DNA of 64,000 nucleotides from Terriglobales bacterium (GCA_035496875.1 DATJEH010000219.1:3791-67790); one strand, 5' to 3'. Shown: positions 30,238-41,679, numbered from the stretch's first letter. Numbers and translations: made by a program. Notes: a model not told the origin generated them from the sequence alone.

Positions 30238-31416
30238 ATGAAATTTGCAAACCATGTTGTCGGTGTGATGCTGCTGCTGGCTGCAACGTCTTTTTTTGTC
30301 GCTTGCAGCGGGGGAAAAGCGCAGCAGAAAACAGCACGTCCCTCGTTTCCTCCAGCTCCCGTAACGGTGTCTGTGGCGGAACAAGCGCCCATACCCATTG
30401 AATTGAATGCCATTGGAAACGCACAATCCTTCCGGACCGTGCAAGTAAAGTCCATGGTGGATGGCCAGATTAACCGTGTGCTGTTCAAACAGGGCGATGA
30501 GGTCCGCGCCGGTCAAATGCTGTTTCAACTGGACAAGCGGCCGTTTCAGGCGGCGCTTGACCAGGCCTTAGGCAAGCTGGAACAGGACCAGGCTACAGCC
30601 GCCAACGCCAAGGCGCAGGCGGCGCGCGACGATGCCCTTCTGAAAGCCGGCGTTCTGGCTCCTCAGGATGCGCAGGCACAAGAGGCGCAGGCGGCGGCTT
30701 ACGCGGCCGCGGTGCAGGCGGACAAAGCAGCGGTGGAGACGGGGCGAGTGAACCTGGGCTACACCGGTATCCGCGCCCCCATAGGCGGGCGCGCGGGCGC
30801 GATTCTGGTCAACCTGGGCAACCTGGTGAAAGCCAACGATAGCAACCCCTTAACCACCATCAATCAGATCCGGCCCATTTACGTGGCCTTCAGCATTCCC
30901 GAGGCGCAACTTCCCGCGGTGCGGGCGCGGGCGCAAGCCGGGCTGCAGGTGCAGGCCGTGGTGCCCAACGATTCCAAGCCGGAGGTTGGGGTTTTAAGTT
31001 TTATTGATAACAGCGTGGATCAGACTACCGGCACCATCAAGCTCATGGGCACGTTCCGCAACCAGGACCAAAAACTCTGGCCGGGCCAGTTCTTCAATGT
31101 GCGCCTGGTGCTGGGCACTGACTCCCGAGCCATCGTGGTGCCGGCTTCGGCCCTGCAGACTGGAGAGAATGGCGGTAAATACATTTACGTAGTGCAACCC
31201 GACGGCACAGCCGTAATGCAACCGGTGAAATCCACTCGCACTTACCGCCAGCTGGCGGTGATAGACAATGGCATCAAGCCGGGACAGCGGGTAATTGTAG
31301 ATGGCCAATATCGGGTTATCCCCAACAGCAAGGTTGAGGTTGTGCGCACGGTTCCGGTCACGACGGGACCGAAGCAAGTGGCGGAGAACGGGAGCGCCTC
31401 CGGAGAACCACAGTGA
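30238..31416 (+). CDS. RND efflux periplasmic adaptor (MFP)
   Basis: Lipobox-like SFFVAC/SG. VKSMVDGQINRVLFKQGDEVRAGQMLFQLD, coiled-coil region, IRAPIGGRAG. Confidence 0.9.
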   Translation: MKFANHVVGVMLLLAATSFFVACSGGKAQQKTARPSFPPAPVTVSVAEQAPIPIELNAIGNAQSFRTVQVKSMVDGQINRVLFKQGDEVRAGQMLFQLDKRPFQAALDQALGKLEQDQATAANAKAQAARDDALLKAGVLAPQDAQAQEAQAAAYAAAVQADKAAVETGRVNLGYTGIRAPIGGRAGAILVNLGNLVKANDSNPLTTINQIRPIYVAFSIPEAQLPAVRARAQAGLQVQAVVPNDSKPEVGVLSFIDNSVDQTTGTIKLMGTFRNQDQKLWPGQFFNVRLVLGTDSRAIVVPASALQTGENGGKYIYVVQPDGTAVMQPVKSTRTYRQLAVIDNGIKPGQRVIVDGQYRVIPNSKVEVVRTVPVTTGPKQVAENGSASGEPQ

Positions 31417-34400
31417 CTGGTCTGTTCATTCGCCGCCCCATCATGACCACGCTGGTGATGGTGGCGATCGTCATTTTCGGTGTTTTCGCCTACCTGGCTT
31501 TGCCGGTGAGCGACTTGCCGAACGTGGATTTTCCCACTATCCAGGTCAATGCCGGCCTGCCGGGAGCAAGCCCGGAGACGATGGCATCGTCGGTGGCTAC
31601 CCCGCTGGAACGGCAGTTCACCACCATTTCCGGCATCACCCAGATGACCTCCAGCAGCCAGCAGGGGTCAACCAGCATCACCATTCAGTTTGACCTGTCG
31701 CGCAACCTGGATGGAGCGGCGGTGGACGTGCAATCGGCGATCGCGGCGGCGGAAGGCCAACTGCCGCCCAACATGCCCACCCCGCCCACCTTCCGCAAGG
31801 TGAATCCGGCCGAGTCCCCCATCCTGTATCTGGCCCTGACCTCTCCCGCCATGCCCATTTACCAGGTGGACGACGCGGCTGAGACCACCATGGGCCAGCA
31901 GCTCTCCATGATTCAGGGAGTGGCGCAGGTGCAGGTGTTTGGCGCCTCCAAGTACGCGGTGCGCGTAAACGTGGATCCCAACAAGATGGCCGCGCAACAG
32001 ATCGGCATGAACGACGTCGCGCAAGCCATCCAAGCCGGCAACACCAACCTCCCCGTAGGCAGTATTTATGCGCCCAGCAAGACCTATACCCTGCAGTCGA
32101 ACGGGCAACTCCTCAACGCCGCCCAGTTTCAGCCCCTGATTGTGGCTTACCGCAATGGCGCCCCGGTGCGGTTGGACCAGATTGCCACCGTGGAAAACGG
32201 CGTGGAGAACCAGTTCGTCAAGGGCGCCCTGAATAACCAGCGGGCCGTCGTCATTGCCATTCAGAAACAGCCGGGCACCAACACGGTGGAGATTGTTGAC
32301 GCCATCAACCGGGTCCTGCCCCGGCTGGAGCAGCAGATTCCGCAATCCATCCAGATCACCACCCTTTACGACCGGTCGGTTTCCATCCGCCAGAGCGTGA
32401 ACGACGTGAAGTTCACGCTGCTTCTGGCGATTGTTCTGGTGGTGCTGGTCATCTTCCTGTTTCTGCGCAACGCATCCGCCACCATCATTCCCAGCCTGGC
32501 CCTGCCCATCGCCATTGTCGGCACTTTCTCGGTGATGTACGCGCTGGGATACACGGTGGACAACCTCTCCCTCATGGCGCTCACGCTATCCGTGGGTTTC
32601 GTGGTGGATGATGCCATCGTGATGCTGGAAAACATCGTGCGCCACATGGAGATGGGCAAAACGCCTTTGCAGGCCTCCCTGGATGGCGCCGGCGAAATCG
32701 GCTTCACCATTCTCTCCATGACTCTGTCACTGGCCGCCGTGTTCATTCCCATTCTGTTCATGGGAGGCATCATCGGGCGGCTGTTGCACGAGTTCGCGGT
32801 GGTGATCACGGCGGCCATCCTGGTGTCTGGGTTGGTGTCGCTGACTTTGACGCCCATGCTCAGCAGCCGCTTTTTGCGGCCGCCTTCGGAGGAACGGCAC
32901 GGCAGGATCTACAACGCGACCGAGCGCATGTTCGATGGCGCGCTGCGGTTCTATGACTGGTCGCTGACCCGGGTGCTACGCCACAAGCTGGCGACCCTTC
33001 TGGTCAGTTTTCTAATTGTGGGATTGACTTTCACCCTCTACGAAAGCACGCAGACAGGCTTTATTCCTAACGAGGATGCGGGGTTGCTCTTCGGTTTTAT
33101 TCAGGCCCAGGAAGGCATCGGCTTCGACCAGATGGGCCAGAAGATGCACCAGATCGCCAGCATCACTCAAGCCGATCCTAACGTCGCATTGACGATGACC
33201 TTCTATGGAAGCCCGGTCAACCAAGGCCGGGTCTTCATGCACCTGAAGGACGTGAAGGACCGGGTAAACCAGATGAGCGCCGAGCAGGTGATCCAGGAAC
33301 TGCGGGCCAAATTTGCCGCCGTCCAGGGAGCATATGTATTCCTGCAAATCCCGCCCACCATCAACGTAGGCGGCAGCCTTAGCAATGCGCAATATCAGTA
33401 TGCTCTGCAGTCACCTGACATCAAGGAGTTGTACGCCGACGCGCCCAGGCTGCAAGCAGAGCTCCGCAAGATTCCCCTGCTGCAGGATGTGAGCAGCGAC
33501 TTGCAGATCCACAACCCGCAACTGGATGTGAAGGTGGACCGCGACAAGGCCTATGCCCTGGGACTGACGGCGCAGGAGGTTTCAGACGCTCTCTATTCGG
33601 CCTTCGGACAGCGCGAAGTCAGCACGATTTACGCGCCCAGCAATGAGTATTACGTCATTTTGAACCTGGCGCCGCCCTACCAGAACGATCCCCAGTCGCT
33701 TTCCTTGCTCTATGTGAGAAATGATCAAGGCAAGCTTATACCCTTGGGCACCGTGGCCCAGGTTGTCCCCGACCTGGGGCCGCTGACCGTCAATCACCTG
33801 GGTCAGTTGCCGGCGGTAACGCTCAGCTTCAACCTCAAACCGGGAATCTCGCTAGGCCAGGCCACCAGGGCCGTGGAAGACGTGGCCAACCGCATGCTCC
33901 CGGCGACCGTCCAGCGCAGTTTCCAGGGGACGGCGCAGGCCTTTCAGCAGTCGTTCCGCGGCCTGGGCCTGCTGCTGGTAGCCGCCATTCTGGTCATCTA
34001 CATTGTTCTGGGCATCCTGTATGAAAGCTTTATCCATCCCCTTACCATCCTGTCGGGCTTGCCCTCGGCCGCAGTGGGAGCGCTGGCCACTCTCATCGTC
34101 TTCCACCAGGAGCTGAACTTATACTCCTTTGTCGGCATCATCATGCTGATAGGCATCGTGAAGAAGAATGCCATCATGATGATTGATTTCGCCCTGGTCA
34201 ACGAGCGGGAGAAGGGGGAGAGCCCCGAGGAATCCATCTATCAAGGCGCCCTGGTGCGCTTCCGCCCCATCATGATGACCACCATGGCCGCGCTCATGGG
34301 CATGGTTCCGGTAGCCGTCGGCTGGGGAACGGGTTCCCTGCAAGGACTGGGATTGGCGGTGGTAGGCGGTCTGATCTTCTCCCAGATCATTACTCTCTAT

Positions 34401-34526
34401 ATAACGCCGGTGTACTACGTCTATCTGGACGAAGTGCAGAACTGGTTGAATCGCAAATGGGCGCGCCTGACCAGTCGCCGCAAACGCGGCGAACCCGTGC
34501 CGCACGAACCGGTTCCTGCCGATTGA
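31413..34526 (+). CDS. RND efflux permease (AcrB/HAE1-like)
   Basis: 1037 aa. FIRRPIMTTLVM start, 12-TM / two-large-loop layout. 4-nt overlap with the MFP gene. Confidence 0.95.
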   Translation: MTGLFIRRPIMTTLVMVAIVIFGVFAYLALPVSDLPNVDFPTIQVNAGLPGASPETMASSVATPLERQFTTISGITQMTSSSQQGSTSITIQFDLSRNLDGAAVDVQSAIAAAEGQLPPNMPTPPTFRKVNPAESPILYLALTSPAMPIYQVDDAAETTMGQQLSMIQGVAQVQVFGASKYAVRVNVDPNKMAAQQIGMNDVAQAIQAGNTNLPVGSIYAPSKTYTLQSNGQLLNAAQFQPLIVAYRNGAPVRLDQIATVENGVENQFVKGALNNQRAVVIAIQKQPGTNTVEIVDAINRVLPRLEQQIPQSIQITTLYDRSVSIRQSVNDVKFTLLLAIVLVVLVIFLFLRNASATIIPSLALPIAIVGTFSVMYALGYTVDNLSLMALTLSVGFVVDDAIVMLENIVRHMEMGKTPLQASLDGAGEIGFTILSMTLSLAAVFIPILFMGGIIGRLLHEFAVVITAAILVSGLVSLTLTPMLSSRFLRPPSEERHGRIYNATERMFDGALRFYDWSLTRVLRHKLATLLVSFLIVGLTFTLYESTQTGFIPNEDAGLLFGFIQAQEGIGFDQMGQKMHQIASITQADPNVALTMTFYGSPVNQGRVFMHLKDVKDRVNQMSAEQVIQELRAKFAAVQGAYVFLQIPPTINVGGSLSNAQYQYALQSPDIKELYADAPRLQAELRKIPLLQDVSSDLQIHNPQLDVKVDRDKAYALGLTAQEVSDALYSAFGQREVSTIYAPSNEYYVILNLAPPYQNDPQSLSLLYVRNDQGKLIPLGTVAQVVPDLGPLTVNHLGQLPAVTLSFNLKPGISLGQATRAVEDVANRMLPATVQRSFQGTAQAFQQSFRGLGLLLVAAILVIYIVLGILYESFIHPLTILSGLPSAAVGALATLIVFHQELNLYSFVGIIMLIGIVKKNAIMMIDFALVNEREKGESPEESIYQGALVRFRPIMMTTMAALMGMVPVAVGWGTGSLQGLGLAVVGGLIFSQIITLYITPVYYVYLDEVQNWLNRKWARLTSRRKRGEPVPHEPVPAD

Positions 34527-34594
34527 GCTAGACCGGCCTTTGGGTTCGTCAGCATGGGACCCTGGGAAACTATCTGCTGCGAACTGAGGGGAAG

Positions 34595-35137
34595 ATGCAA
34601 CACAACCTGCAGAATACGGTGGCGCTTCTCGCCCGCACGCCTGCCACTTTGGACGCTTTGCTGCGTGACCTGCCGGACAACTGGGTTCTTCGCAACGAAG
34701 GCGAAAACACCTGGAGCGCGTTTGATGTGGTCGGCCACTTAATTCACGGCGAACGCACGGATTGGATGCCCCGGGCGAGAATGATCCTGCAATTTGGTGA
34801 GGCTCGAACCTTTGAACCCTTTGACCGCTTCGCACAGAAGCGTGAGAGCCAGAATAAGTCGCTGGCGCAGTTGCTGGATGAATTCTCCCGCTTGCGATCA
34901 GAAAACCTGGGGGAACTCCGCGCCTTGAATCTGAGCCCGCAAGACCTCGAGCGTCGTGGACGGCATCCTGCTCTCGGAGTAGTTACACTGTCAGAGCTGC
35001 TGGCTACTTGGGCGGCTCATGATTTAACTCATCTGCACCAGACTTCAAGAATCATGGCCCACCAATATCAACAGGCTGTGGGTCCGTGGAGCAGATTTCT
35101 TGGAGTGATGCACTGCGACGGACATAGCTCTGCGTAA
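34595..35137 (+). CDS. DinB-family metal-dependent protein
   Basis: His triad context: VVGHLIHGERTDW ... AAHDLTHLHQ. Confidence 0.8.
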   Translation: MQHNLQNTVALLARTPATLDALLRDLPDNWVLRNEGENTWSAFDVVGHLIHGERTDWMPRARMILQFGEARTFEPFDRFAQKRESQNKSLAQLLDEFSRLRSENLGELRALNLSPQDLERRGRHPALGVVTLSELLATWAAHDLTHLHQTSRIMAHQYQQAVGPWSRFLGVMHCDGHSSA

Positions 35138-35299
35138 CTTAGGCCGTCCAATAGCTCTTATTATCGGCAGAAACAAAGCACTGTGACAAGGCGCCGAGCG
35201 CTCTAGCAATGGCTAAGTGCAAAGTCGAGGCGTATGATGTCTGCTAAGACGTAATTAACTAAGCCCATAGAGCATTTAGGATCCAGAGAGGAACCTGAC

Positions 35300-35548
35300 A
35301 TGGCGAATCTATCTGCGGTCATAAGTCAGCTTCGCCGGGAACGCGACCGGGTATCGAGTGAACTGGACCGTCTTGATCATGCGATTGCCGCTCTCGACCA
35401 CATCGGCGGAAGGAGCACCGGCCGCAGAAGCGCTTCCACACAGCGCGGGCGCAGACCGCGGCGCAGACTCTCGGCGGCGGCGCGCGCGAGGATAGCGGCG
35501 GCGCAGCGGGCGCGCTGGGCGAAGGTGAAATCGAAGCAGGCGAAATAG
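35300..35548 (+). CDS. small hypothetical protein (coiled-coil N-terminus, Arg-rich C-terminus)
   Basis: GAGAGGAA SD. 82 aa, begins MANLSAVISQLRRERDRVSSELDRLD. Confidence 0.5.
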   Translation: MANLSAVISQLRRERDRVSSELDRLDHAIAALDHIGGRSTGRRSASTQRGRRPRRRLSAAARARIAAAQRARWAKVKSKQAK

Positions 35549-35609
35549 GGCTTGCCTGACTACAGCTCATCCCATAAATCTCAGGTGTCACGCTGCTTGA
35601 CGCCGGCGC

Positions 35610-36200
35610 CTACGGATAATCGGCCCGGACTTGTTTCTTCATAGGGAATCGCTGATCCAGTTCCAGATTGAGTTCCAGCACATTGACTCTGGGCTCGCCA
35701 AGGATTCCAAACTGCCGTCCTACCGTATACCTGGCCACTAAGGCTCGCAATTGCTCGACCGTCGCGCCCCGCTCCTTGGCAACACTGCCCAATTGAAATT
35801 CGGCGGACGCCGGAGTTATGTCGGGATCTAAGCCGGAGGCGGAAGCCGTCACTAAGTCAACAGGTACGGGCACGCTGGGATTTTCCGCGTGATCGGCAGC
35901 AACCTCGGCATTCACGCGATCAATGAGCTTTTGGTTGGTCGGGCCCAACTGGGAGCCGTTAGAGTTTGTCGGGTCATAGCTGACCGCGGACGGGCGCGGA
36001 TGAAAATAACCTGGCCCGGTAAAGGCTTGCGCAATAAGTTGGGAACCGGCCACCTTGCCGTTAGCCGCAATCAACTCGCCGTTCGCCTGCCTGGGAAACA
36101 ACACCTGTGCAAGTCCCGTGACCACCAACGGGTAGATGATGCCCAGTAAGACGGTTGTAGCTATGGTCATGAGAATCGCAATAATAAGATTTTTTTTCAT
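35610..36200 (-). CDS. kdpC: K+-transporting ATPase subunit C
   Basis: N-terminal TM then YPLVVTGLAQVLFPRQANGEL ... ASGLDPDITP. Confidence 0.9.
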   Translation of the reverse strand: MKKNLIIAILMTIATTVLLGIIYPLVVTGLAQVLFPRQANGELIAANGKVAGSQLIAQAFTGPGYFHPRPSAVSYDPTNSNGSQLGPTNQKLIDRVNAEVAADHAENPSVPVPVDLVTASASGLDPDITPASAEFQLGSVAKERGATVEQLRALVARYTVGRQFGILGEPRVNVLELNLELDQRFPMKKQVRADYP

Positions 36201-36209
36201 AAAGACTCT

Positions 36210-38306
36210 TTAAGCGAGCCCTAAGGCGGTTATCAGCATGTCAATCAGCTTGATTCCGATAAAGGGAGCGACGATTCCGCCTGCTCCGTAAATCAACAGG
36301 TTATTACGAAGAAGCGCGGCGGCGGCCATGGGACGGTACTTCACACCGCGTAAGGCCAGTGGGATCAGGGCAACAATGATCAGAGCGTTGAAGATCACGG
36401 CCGAGAGAATCGCGGACTCAGGCGTGCGCAGGTGCATGATGTTCAACGCGTTCAGGACAGGAAAGGTTCCGGCAAACATGGCGGGAATAATCGCGAAGTA
36501 CTTTGCCAGGTCATTGGCAATGGAAAACGTCGTCAAGGCGCCGCGCGTCATCAGCAGTTGTTTGCCGATTTCCACGATTTCAATGAGCTTGGTGGGATTG
36601 GAATCGAGGTCCACCATATTGCCGGCTTCCTTGGCCGCCTGGGTGCCGGTATTCATGGCCACGCCTACATCGGCCTGAGCCAATGCTGGGGCGTCGTTAG
36701 TGCCGTCGCCCGTCATGGCCACCAGCTTGCCCTCGGTTTGCTCCCTCCTGATGAGGTCCATCTTTTCTTTTGGCGTTGCCTGGGCGAGGAAATCGTCCAC
36801 TCCGGCTTCGCGTGCGATGGCCGCGGCGGTAAGTGGATTGTCGCCGGTGATCATGACCGTCCGGATGCCGATGGCCCGCAATTGATTAAAACGCTCCTTG
36901 ATGCCTCCCTTGACGATGTCCTTCAGTTCGATGACGCCGAGGGCGCCACGGCTTTTTTCGGCTACGACCAACGGCGTGCCTCCGGAACGGGCAATCTGTT
37001 CCACCGTGGCTTTCACCTCGGCAGGCATATTATTGCCGCTTTGCGAGATATAAGTGGCAATGGCATCGGCCGCCCCTTTGCGGATCTCAAACCCATTGAG
37101 GTCTACTCCCGACATGCGGGTCTGAGCGGTAAATGCCACAAAGCGCGCTTCGTGGGATCCAAATTCCCGCCCGCGCAAGCCGTATTTCTCTTTGGCTAAG
37201 ACAACGATGGAGCGACCTTCCGGAGTCTCATCTGCTAGTGACGAAAGCTGGGCTGCATCCGCGAGCTCTTTCTCAGTAATATCGGGCGCGGGGATAAAGC
37301 GTGCTGCCTGGCGATTGCCCAGCGTGATGGTGCCCGTTTTGTCCAGCAGCAACGTGGTGACGTCACCCGCGGCTTCCACCGCCCGGCCTGACATGGCCAG
37401 CACATTGTGTTGTACGAGCCGATCCATGCCGGCAATGCCGATGGCCGAAAGCAGGCCGCCAATCGTGGTAGGAATTAGGCAGACCAGAAGGGAGACCAAA
37501 ACAAATACGGTCTGCGGTGAACCCGAATAGATGGCGAACGGCTGCAGGGTAACAACCGCGAGAAGAAAGATAATAGTCAACCCGGCTAAGAGAATGTTGA
37601 GGGCAATCTCATTCGGCGTTTTCTGCCGCTCGGCGCCCTCCACCAGGGCGATCATCCGATCCAGGAAGGTTTCACCAGGATTCGAGGTAATCCTGACCTT
37701 AATACGGTCGGATAGTACGCGAGTGCCGCCGGTCACCGCAGAACGGTCGCCACCGGCCTCGCGGATTACGGGAGCAGATTCGCCAGTGATGGCCGATTCA
37801 TCCACTGAGGCGACGCCTTCGATAATCTCTCCGTCGGAAGGAATGAATTCGCCGGCGGACACGTATACCAGGTCATTTGCTTTCAATTTCGAACTTGGAA
37901 CCTGTTCCACCCTGCTATCTTCACCAACGATCCGGTTGGCAGTAGTTTCCGAGCGGGCGCGTCGAAGCGTATCAGCCTGCGCTTTTCCCCGGCCTTCCGC
38001 CATGGCTTCCGCGAAGTTTGCAAATAGAACCGTAAACCAGAGCCACAGCGTTATCTGCAGATTGAAATTAAGCGCGGCACCGCCTTTGAAAAGTAAAATT
38101 GTGGTAGTCACACTGCCGATTTCCACCACGAACATGACGGGATTGCCCATCATTTTGCGTGGGTTCAGCTTAAGAAACGCGTCCCAGATGGCACGGCGAA
38201 CGATCTTCCACTCCCAAATTGCCTTCTTTCTGGGTTTCATTGGCGAGTGCCCGAGACGAACCCTTAGCACTTCAGGAGTAGCTGGTGTTTGCGTAGTCAT
38301 TGCCAT
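36210..38306 (-). CDS. kdpB: K+-transporting P-type ATPase subunit B
   Basis: DKTGTIT phosphorylation site, [21 protein letters not shown]. Confidence 0.95.
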   Translation of the reverse strand: MAMTTQTPATPEVLRVRLGHSPMKPRKKAIWEWKIVRRAIWDAFLKLNPRKMMGNPVMFVVEIGSVTTTILLFKGGAALNFNLQITLWLWFTVLFANFAEAMAEGRGKAQADTLRRARSETTANRIVGEDSRVEQVPSSKLKANDLVYVSAGEFIPSDGEIIEGVASVDESAITGESAPVIREAGGDRSAVTGGTRVLSDRIKVRITSNPGETFLDRMIALVEGAERQKTPNEIALNILLAGLTIIFLLAVVTLQPFAIYSGSPQTVFVLVSLLVCLIPTTIGGLLSAIGIAGMDRLVQHNVLAMSGRAVEAAGDVTTLLLDKTGTITLGNRQAARFIPAPDITEKELADAAQLSSLADETPEGRSIVVLAKEKYGLRGREFGSHEARFVAFTAQTRMSGVDLNGFEIRKGAADAIATYISQSGNNMPAEVKATVEQIARSGGTPLVVAEKSRGALGVIELKDIVKGGIKERFNQLRAIGIRTVMITGDNPLTAAAIAREAGVDDFLAQATPKEKMDLIRREQTEGKLVAMTGDGTNDAPALAQADVGVAMNTGTQAAKEAGNMVDLDSNPTKLIEIVEIGKQLLMTRGALTTFSIANDLAKYFAIIPAMFAGTFPVLNALNIMHLRTPESAILSAVIFNALIIVALIPLALRGVKYRPMAAAALLRNNLLIYGAGGIVAPFIGIKLIDMLITALGLA

Positions 38307-38317
38307 TGCAGGGTCCT

Positions 38318-40093
38318 TTAGAAAGTCTTTCCTGTAGCCATGAGCAAGTGCTCAAGAACTGGGCCAAGGCTTAATGCCGGGAAAAATGTCAGCGCGCCCA
38401 CAATCAAAATCACGCCGATCAGGAGCACGGTGAACAGCGGGGTGGTCACCGGGAAGGTACCCAGCGATGGCGGAACATATTTCTTGCGGGCCAAGTTCCC
38501 GGCCACGGCGAGCATGGGAATGATCATCAGGAAGCGCCCCACAAGCATTTCCAGGCCGATAGCCGTGTCGTACCAGGGGGTGTTGACGGTGAGCCCGGCG
38601 AAGGCCGAGCCGTTATTGCCGGCGCCGGACACGAAGGCATACAGAATCTCCGTCAAGCCATGCGGCCCCGGGTTGAGAATGCTCGAGGTGCCGAACTGGC
38701 TTACCACCGAGATGGCTGCCAAGCCCAGGATCACCAGCGGAAATATCAGCACGAACAGCATCGCCATTTTGACGTCGTAGGACTCGATCTTTTTGCCTAG
38801 GTACTCGGGCGTTCGGCCCACCATGAGTCCGGCGATAAAAACCGCCAGAATGACGTCAATCAACATTCCGTACATTCCTGCACCAACGCCTCCAAATACC
38901 ACCTCGCTCATCATGATGTTGGCCAGGGGAATCATGCCGCCGAGCGGAGTAAACGAATCATGCCAGCCGTTGATGGCGCCGCAACTGGCGTCGGTGGTCA
39001 CGGTAGCAAACAAAGCGGAGTCTGCGATACCGAAGCGGACTTCCTTGCCTTCCATATTGCCGCCTGGCTGCAGAGCGGTAGCGCGCTGGTTCGTTCCCGC
39101 AAGCATGGGATTGCCACGAGCTTCCGCCCAATAAGCAACCGAGACCCCAGCCAGAAACAGAATCGCCATGGCCGACCACACCGCCCAACCGTGAGCCTGC
39201 GAGCCGGTCATCCGCCCCAACGTATAGGTGAGTCCGCTGCCGATCGTGAAAATGGCGACAAGTTCGATGAGATTGGTAAGAGGGGTAGGGTTCTCAAATG
39301 GATGGGCGCTATTAGCATTAAAAAAGCCGCCGCCATTGGTGCCGAACTCCTTAATGATTTCCTGCGAGGCGACAGGCCCTTGAACGATGGTTTGTTCCCT
39401 AATTATGTCCGTCACCGGCTTTCCATTGGGGCCGACTTTCTGTACCTTCTGGGGCTCAACCAGTGCTGCCTTGTCATACGGGCGAAAATTCTGAATTACT
39501 CCTTGCGATACCAACACCAAAGCTCCCACCACGCAGAAGGGCAACAACACCCACACGCAGGCGCGCACCAGGTCAACCCAGAAGTTGCCGATAGTTTCCA
39601 TCTGCCGGCGGGCGATGCCCCGGATGAACGCAATGGCCAGAGCAATGCCCACTGCGGCCGACATAAAGTTGTGATACGCCAGGCCGGCCATCTGGGTGAA
39701 ATAACTCATCGTGTTCTCACCCGAATAGGCCTGCCAGTTTGTGTTCGTGGTGAACGAGGCAGCCGTGTTGAAAGCCACGTGAGCCGGGCTGACCGCGCCA
39801 AACTTCTGAGGGTTCAAGGGCAGATAGCCTTGCAGCCGCTGCATCGCATAGAGCACGACCATGGACACGAAACTGAATAGCAGCATGGAGACGGCATATT
39901 CAGTCCAGCGCATCTCATGGTTTTCGTCCACTGTGGTCACGCGATAAAGCAGCCGCTCGATGGGCCGCAATACCGGATCCATGAACGTTTTTTCCCGGCT
40001 GAACACGCGGGCCATGTAGATGCCCATGGGCTTCGTTACCAGAAACACCAGCGCGAGAAATAGAAATATCTGGAACCAGCCATTTGCCGTCAT
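38318..40093 (-). CDS. kdpA: K+-transporting ATPase subunit A
   Basis: 591 aa polytopic protein. NTNWQAY and TNGGGF selectivity-filter-like motifs. Confidence 0.95.
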   Translation of the reverse strand: MTANGWFQIFLFLALVFLVTKPMGIYMARVFSREKTFMDPVLRPIERLLYRVTTVDENHEMRWTEYAVSMLLFSFVSMVVLYAMQRLQGYLPLNPQKFGAVSPAHVAFNTAASFTTNTNWQAYSGENTMSYFTQMAGLAYHNFMSAAVGIALAIAFIRGIARRQMETIGNFWVDLVRACVWVLLPFCVVGALVLVSQGVIQNFRPYDKAALVEPQKVQKVGPNGKPVTDIIREQTIVQGPVASQEIIKEFGTNGGGFFNANSAHPFENPTPLTNLIELVAIFTIGSGLTYTLGRMTGSQAHGWAVWSAMAILFLAGVSVAYWAEARGNPMLAGTNQRATALQPGGNMEGKEVRFGIADSALFATVTTDASCGAINGWHDSFTPLGGMIPLANIMMSEVVFGGVGAGMYGMLIDVILAVFIAGLMVGRTPEYLGKKIESYDVKMAMLFVLIFPLVILGLAAISVVSQFGTSSILNPGPHGLTEILYAFVSGAGNNGSAFAGLTVNTPWYDTAIGLEMLVGRFLMIIPMLAVAGNLARKKYVPPSLGTFPVTTPLFTVLLIGVILIVGALTFFPALSLGPVLEHLLMATGKTF

Positions 40094-40094
40094 G

Positions 40095-40184
40095 TCAAAA
40101 CTTCTCCGGGCGCAGCAGCGCGTACACCAGATACACCGTGGTCAGAGCGCTGACGGCCAACATGATCATCGCTTCCAAGTTCAT
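40095..40184 (-). CDS. kdpF: K+-transporting ATPase subunit F (29 aa)
   Basis: Not in the ORF track. MNLEAMIMLAVSALTTVYLVYALLRPEKF matches the KdpF signature YL.YALLRPE.F. Stop (40095-40097) lies 1 nt before the kdpA start. GAGG SD. Confidence 0.8.
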   Translation of the reverse strand: MNLEAMIMLAVSALTTVYLVYALLRPEKF

Positions 40185-40194
40185 AGCTTGAGCC

Positions 40195-40281
40195 TCACTT
40201 CATGCGATCGCAGAAGCACACATAACCAATCGATAGAACGAAAAATGCGACCGTGACTGCTATCCAAAGAACGTCTTGCAT
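40195..40281 (-). CDS. second 28-aa hydrophobic micro-peptide upstream of kdpF
   Basis: Not in the ORF track. GGGAG SD 7 nt before the ATG. MQDVLWIAVTVAFFVLSIGYVCFCDRMK is a single TM. Confidence 0.5.
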   Translation of the reverse strand: MQDVLWIAVTVAFFVLSIGYVCFCDRMK

Positions 40282-40311
40282 GGTTCATCTCCCTAATCGA
40301 GGCACGCGGCC

Positions 40312-41583
40312 CTAAGGTTGGGCTTGCGAATCAAAGGTGAAAATGACGGCAAGCCCGAGAAGACTTTGCGTCGGCGTGAGACCTACTGCGCCGGACGGGA
40401 GCAAGGCGCCGCGAAAAAATCCGCCCTGCGGCCCGCGAGAATCATCAATTCTGTGCTCGAACCTCACGATTCCGGTGAATTGGCGGCAGGGCCTCCGATA
40501 TTCCAGGGTGATAGTGTTGGCCTTTACGGTCTGAATAAAACCCGTAAGGCGCCCGTTCCGATCCCAATAAACCTCGGGTCTCTCGGTCGCACTCCAGTGT
40601 TTGCCCAACACCCAGTGCAGGGGCAACTGTGCCGCCATCCACAATGCGCGCGGACCGCCAAGGGCAGCCACATCCTCCGTGCCAACGTGGTACTCGAAAG
40701 CGGTCGTGAAGCGATCGGATTTCCACTCGGCAATGCTGTCCGATAAGTATCTCCAGAACTCCGGGCTGGTGTTGGACTGGTGCGGCCCAATCAGCACGGT
40801 CTGCTTCAGAGAGGTACGGGGGGTAGCCTTGTAGCTGACTTGCGCGCCCCAACTGGGCACGGAATTCGCATCCGCTAAGTGCCAGTAACCGTTAACCACA
40901 TAGGCGGTGACGGTCAATCGGTTGGTAAACGGGTAGCTCGCGTTGATTCCGAGCATGAGATACGGAGTAAAATCGGCGCCCCAGGGACGCGTGTAGCTGA
41001 AGTTGTCCTTGGCATACAAGGAATCGTAGCCGATCAGGCTGGAAAAGATTCCGCCTTGGATGGTCAGCCCGTTGCCGGCGGGCGCCCTATAGGAAAAGTT
41101 CGTTGGACCCAGATGCCGTAGCCCCGCGGAGCCGGGCAGGTCAGGCGCGGTGGCGGAGAAGCCGAAAACTCGCGTGTCCTGTCCGGCTTGCACGGTTAAC
41201 TGCATACCCCAAGGCGAAGACTCAGACGCATTTTTTTGCAAATAGGCGGCTGCCAGGTTGATCAGGGGTTGATCCAGCTTGTACGTGGTGCCACGGCTGC
41301 GGAACAAGTCATTTGCAGGATGATTGAAGTCCAGCAAGTAAGCTGCGTCCACAAAGCCACCGTACTGCCAGATGGTCGGCGGAGGTGTGGGCGTAGTCTG
41401 GGCTTGCGGTTCCTGACCAGTGAGAGCGTCAAAACCTGACGTGCTGATCGCGGCCGTCTGATCGGCACCGGCCGGGTCGTGTCTCTGCCCGCCGGTCTGT
41501 GCCAGAACGCGGGGCAGACTGAGAAAAGTCACCGACAGCACAACAACCAAACTCAATCTCAACGTGGGTCTCGATTTGGCCAT
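40312..41583 (-). CDS. outer-membrane beta-barrel porin, first gene of the kdp transcription unit
   Basis: Signal peptide LSLVVVLSVTFLSLPRVLAQ, Tyr/Gly-rich alternating strands. Only 30 nt separate it from the micro-peptide gene. Confidence 0.7.
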   Translation of the reverse strand: MAKSRPTLRLSLVVVLSVTFLSLPRVLAQTGGQRHDPAGADQTAAISTSGFDALTGQEPQAQTTPTPPPTIWQYGGFVDAAYLLDFNHPANDLFRSRGTTYKLDQPLINLAAAYLQKNASESSPWGMQLTVQAGQDTRVFGFSATAPDLPGSAGLRHLGPTNFSYRAPAGNGLTIQGGIFSSLIGYDSLYAKDNFSYTRPWGADFTPYLMLGINASYPFTNRLTVTAYVVNGYWHLADANSVPSWGAQVSYKATPRTSLKQTVLIGPHQSNTSPEFWRYLSDSIAEWKSDRFTTAFEYHVGTEDVAALGGPRALWMAAQLPLHWVLGKHWSATERPEVYWDRNGRLTGFIQTVKANTITLEYRRPCRQFTGIVRFEHRIDDSRGPQGGFFRGALLPSGAVGLTPTQSLLGLAVIFTFDSQAQP

Positions 41584-41679
41584 TTTCGTCAGGGCTTATA
41601 TCGGTGGTGGCTAAACCATTCGGGCAATCACCCAGCCTTCGAACATTGGACACAAAAATTCCTAAATTTCGCATAAAAG

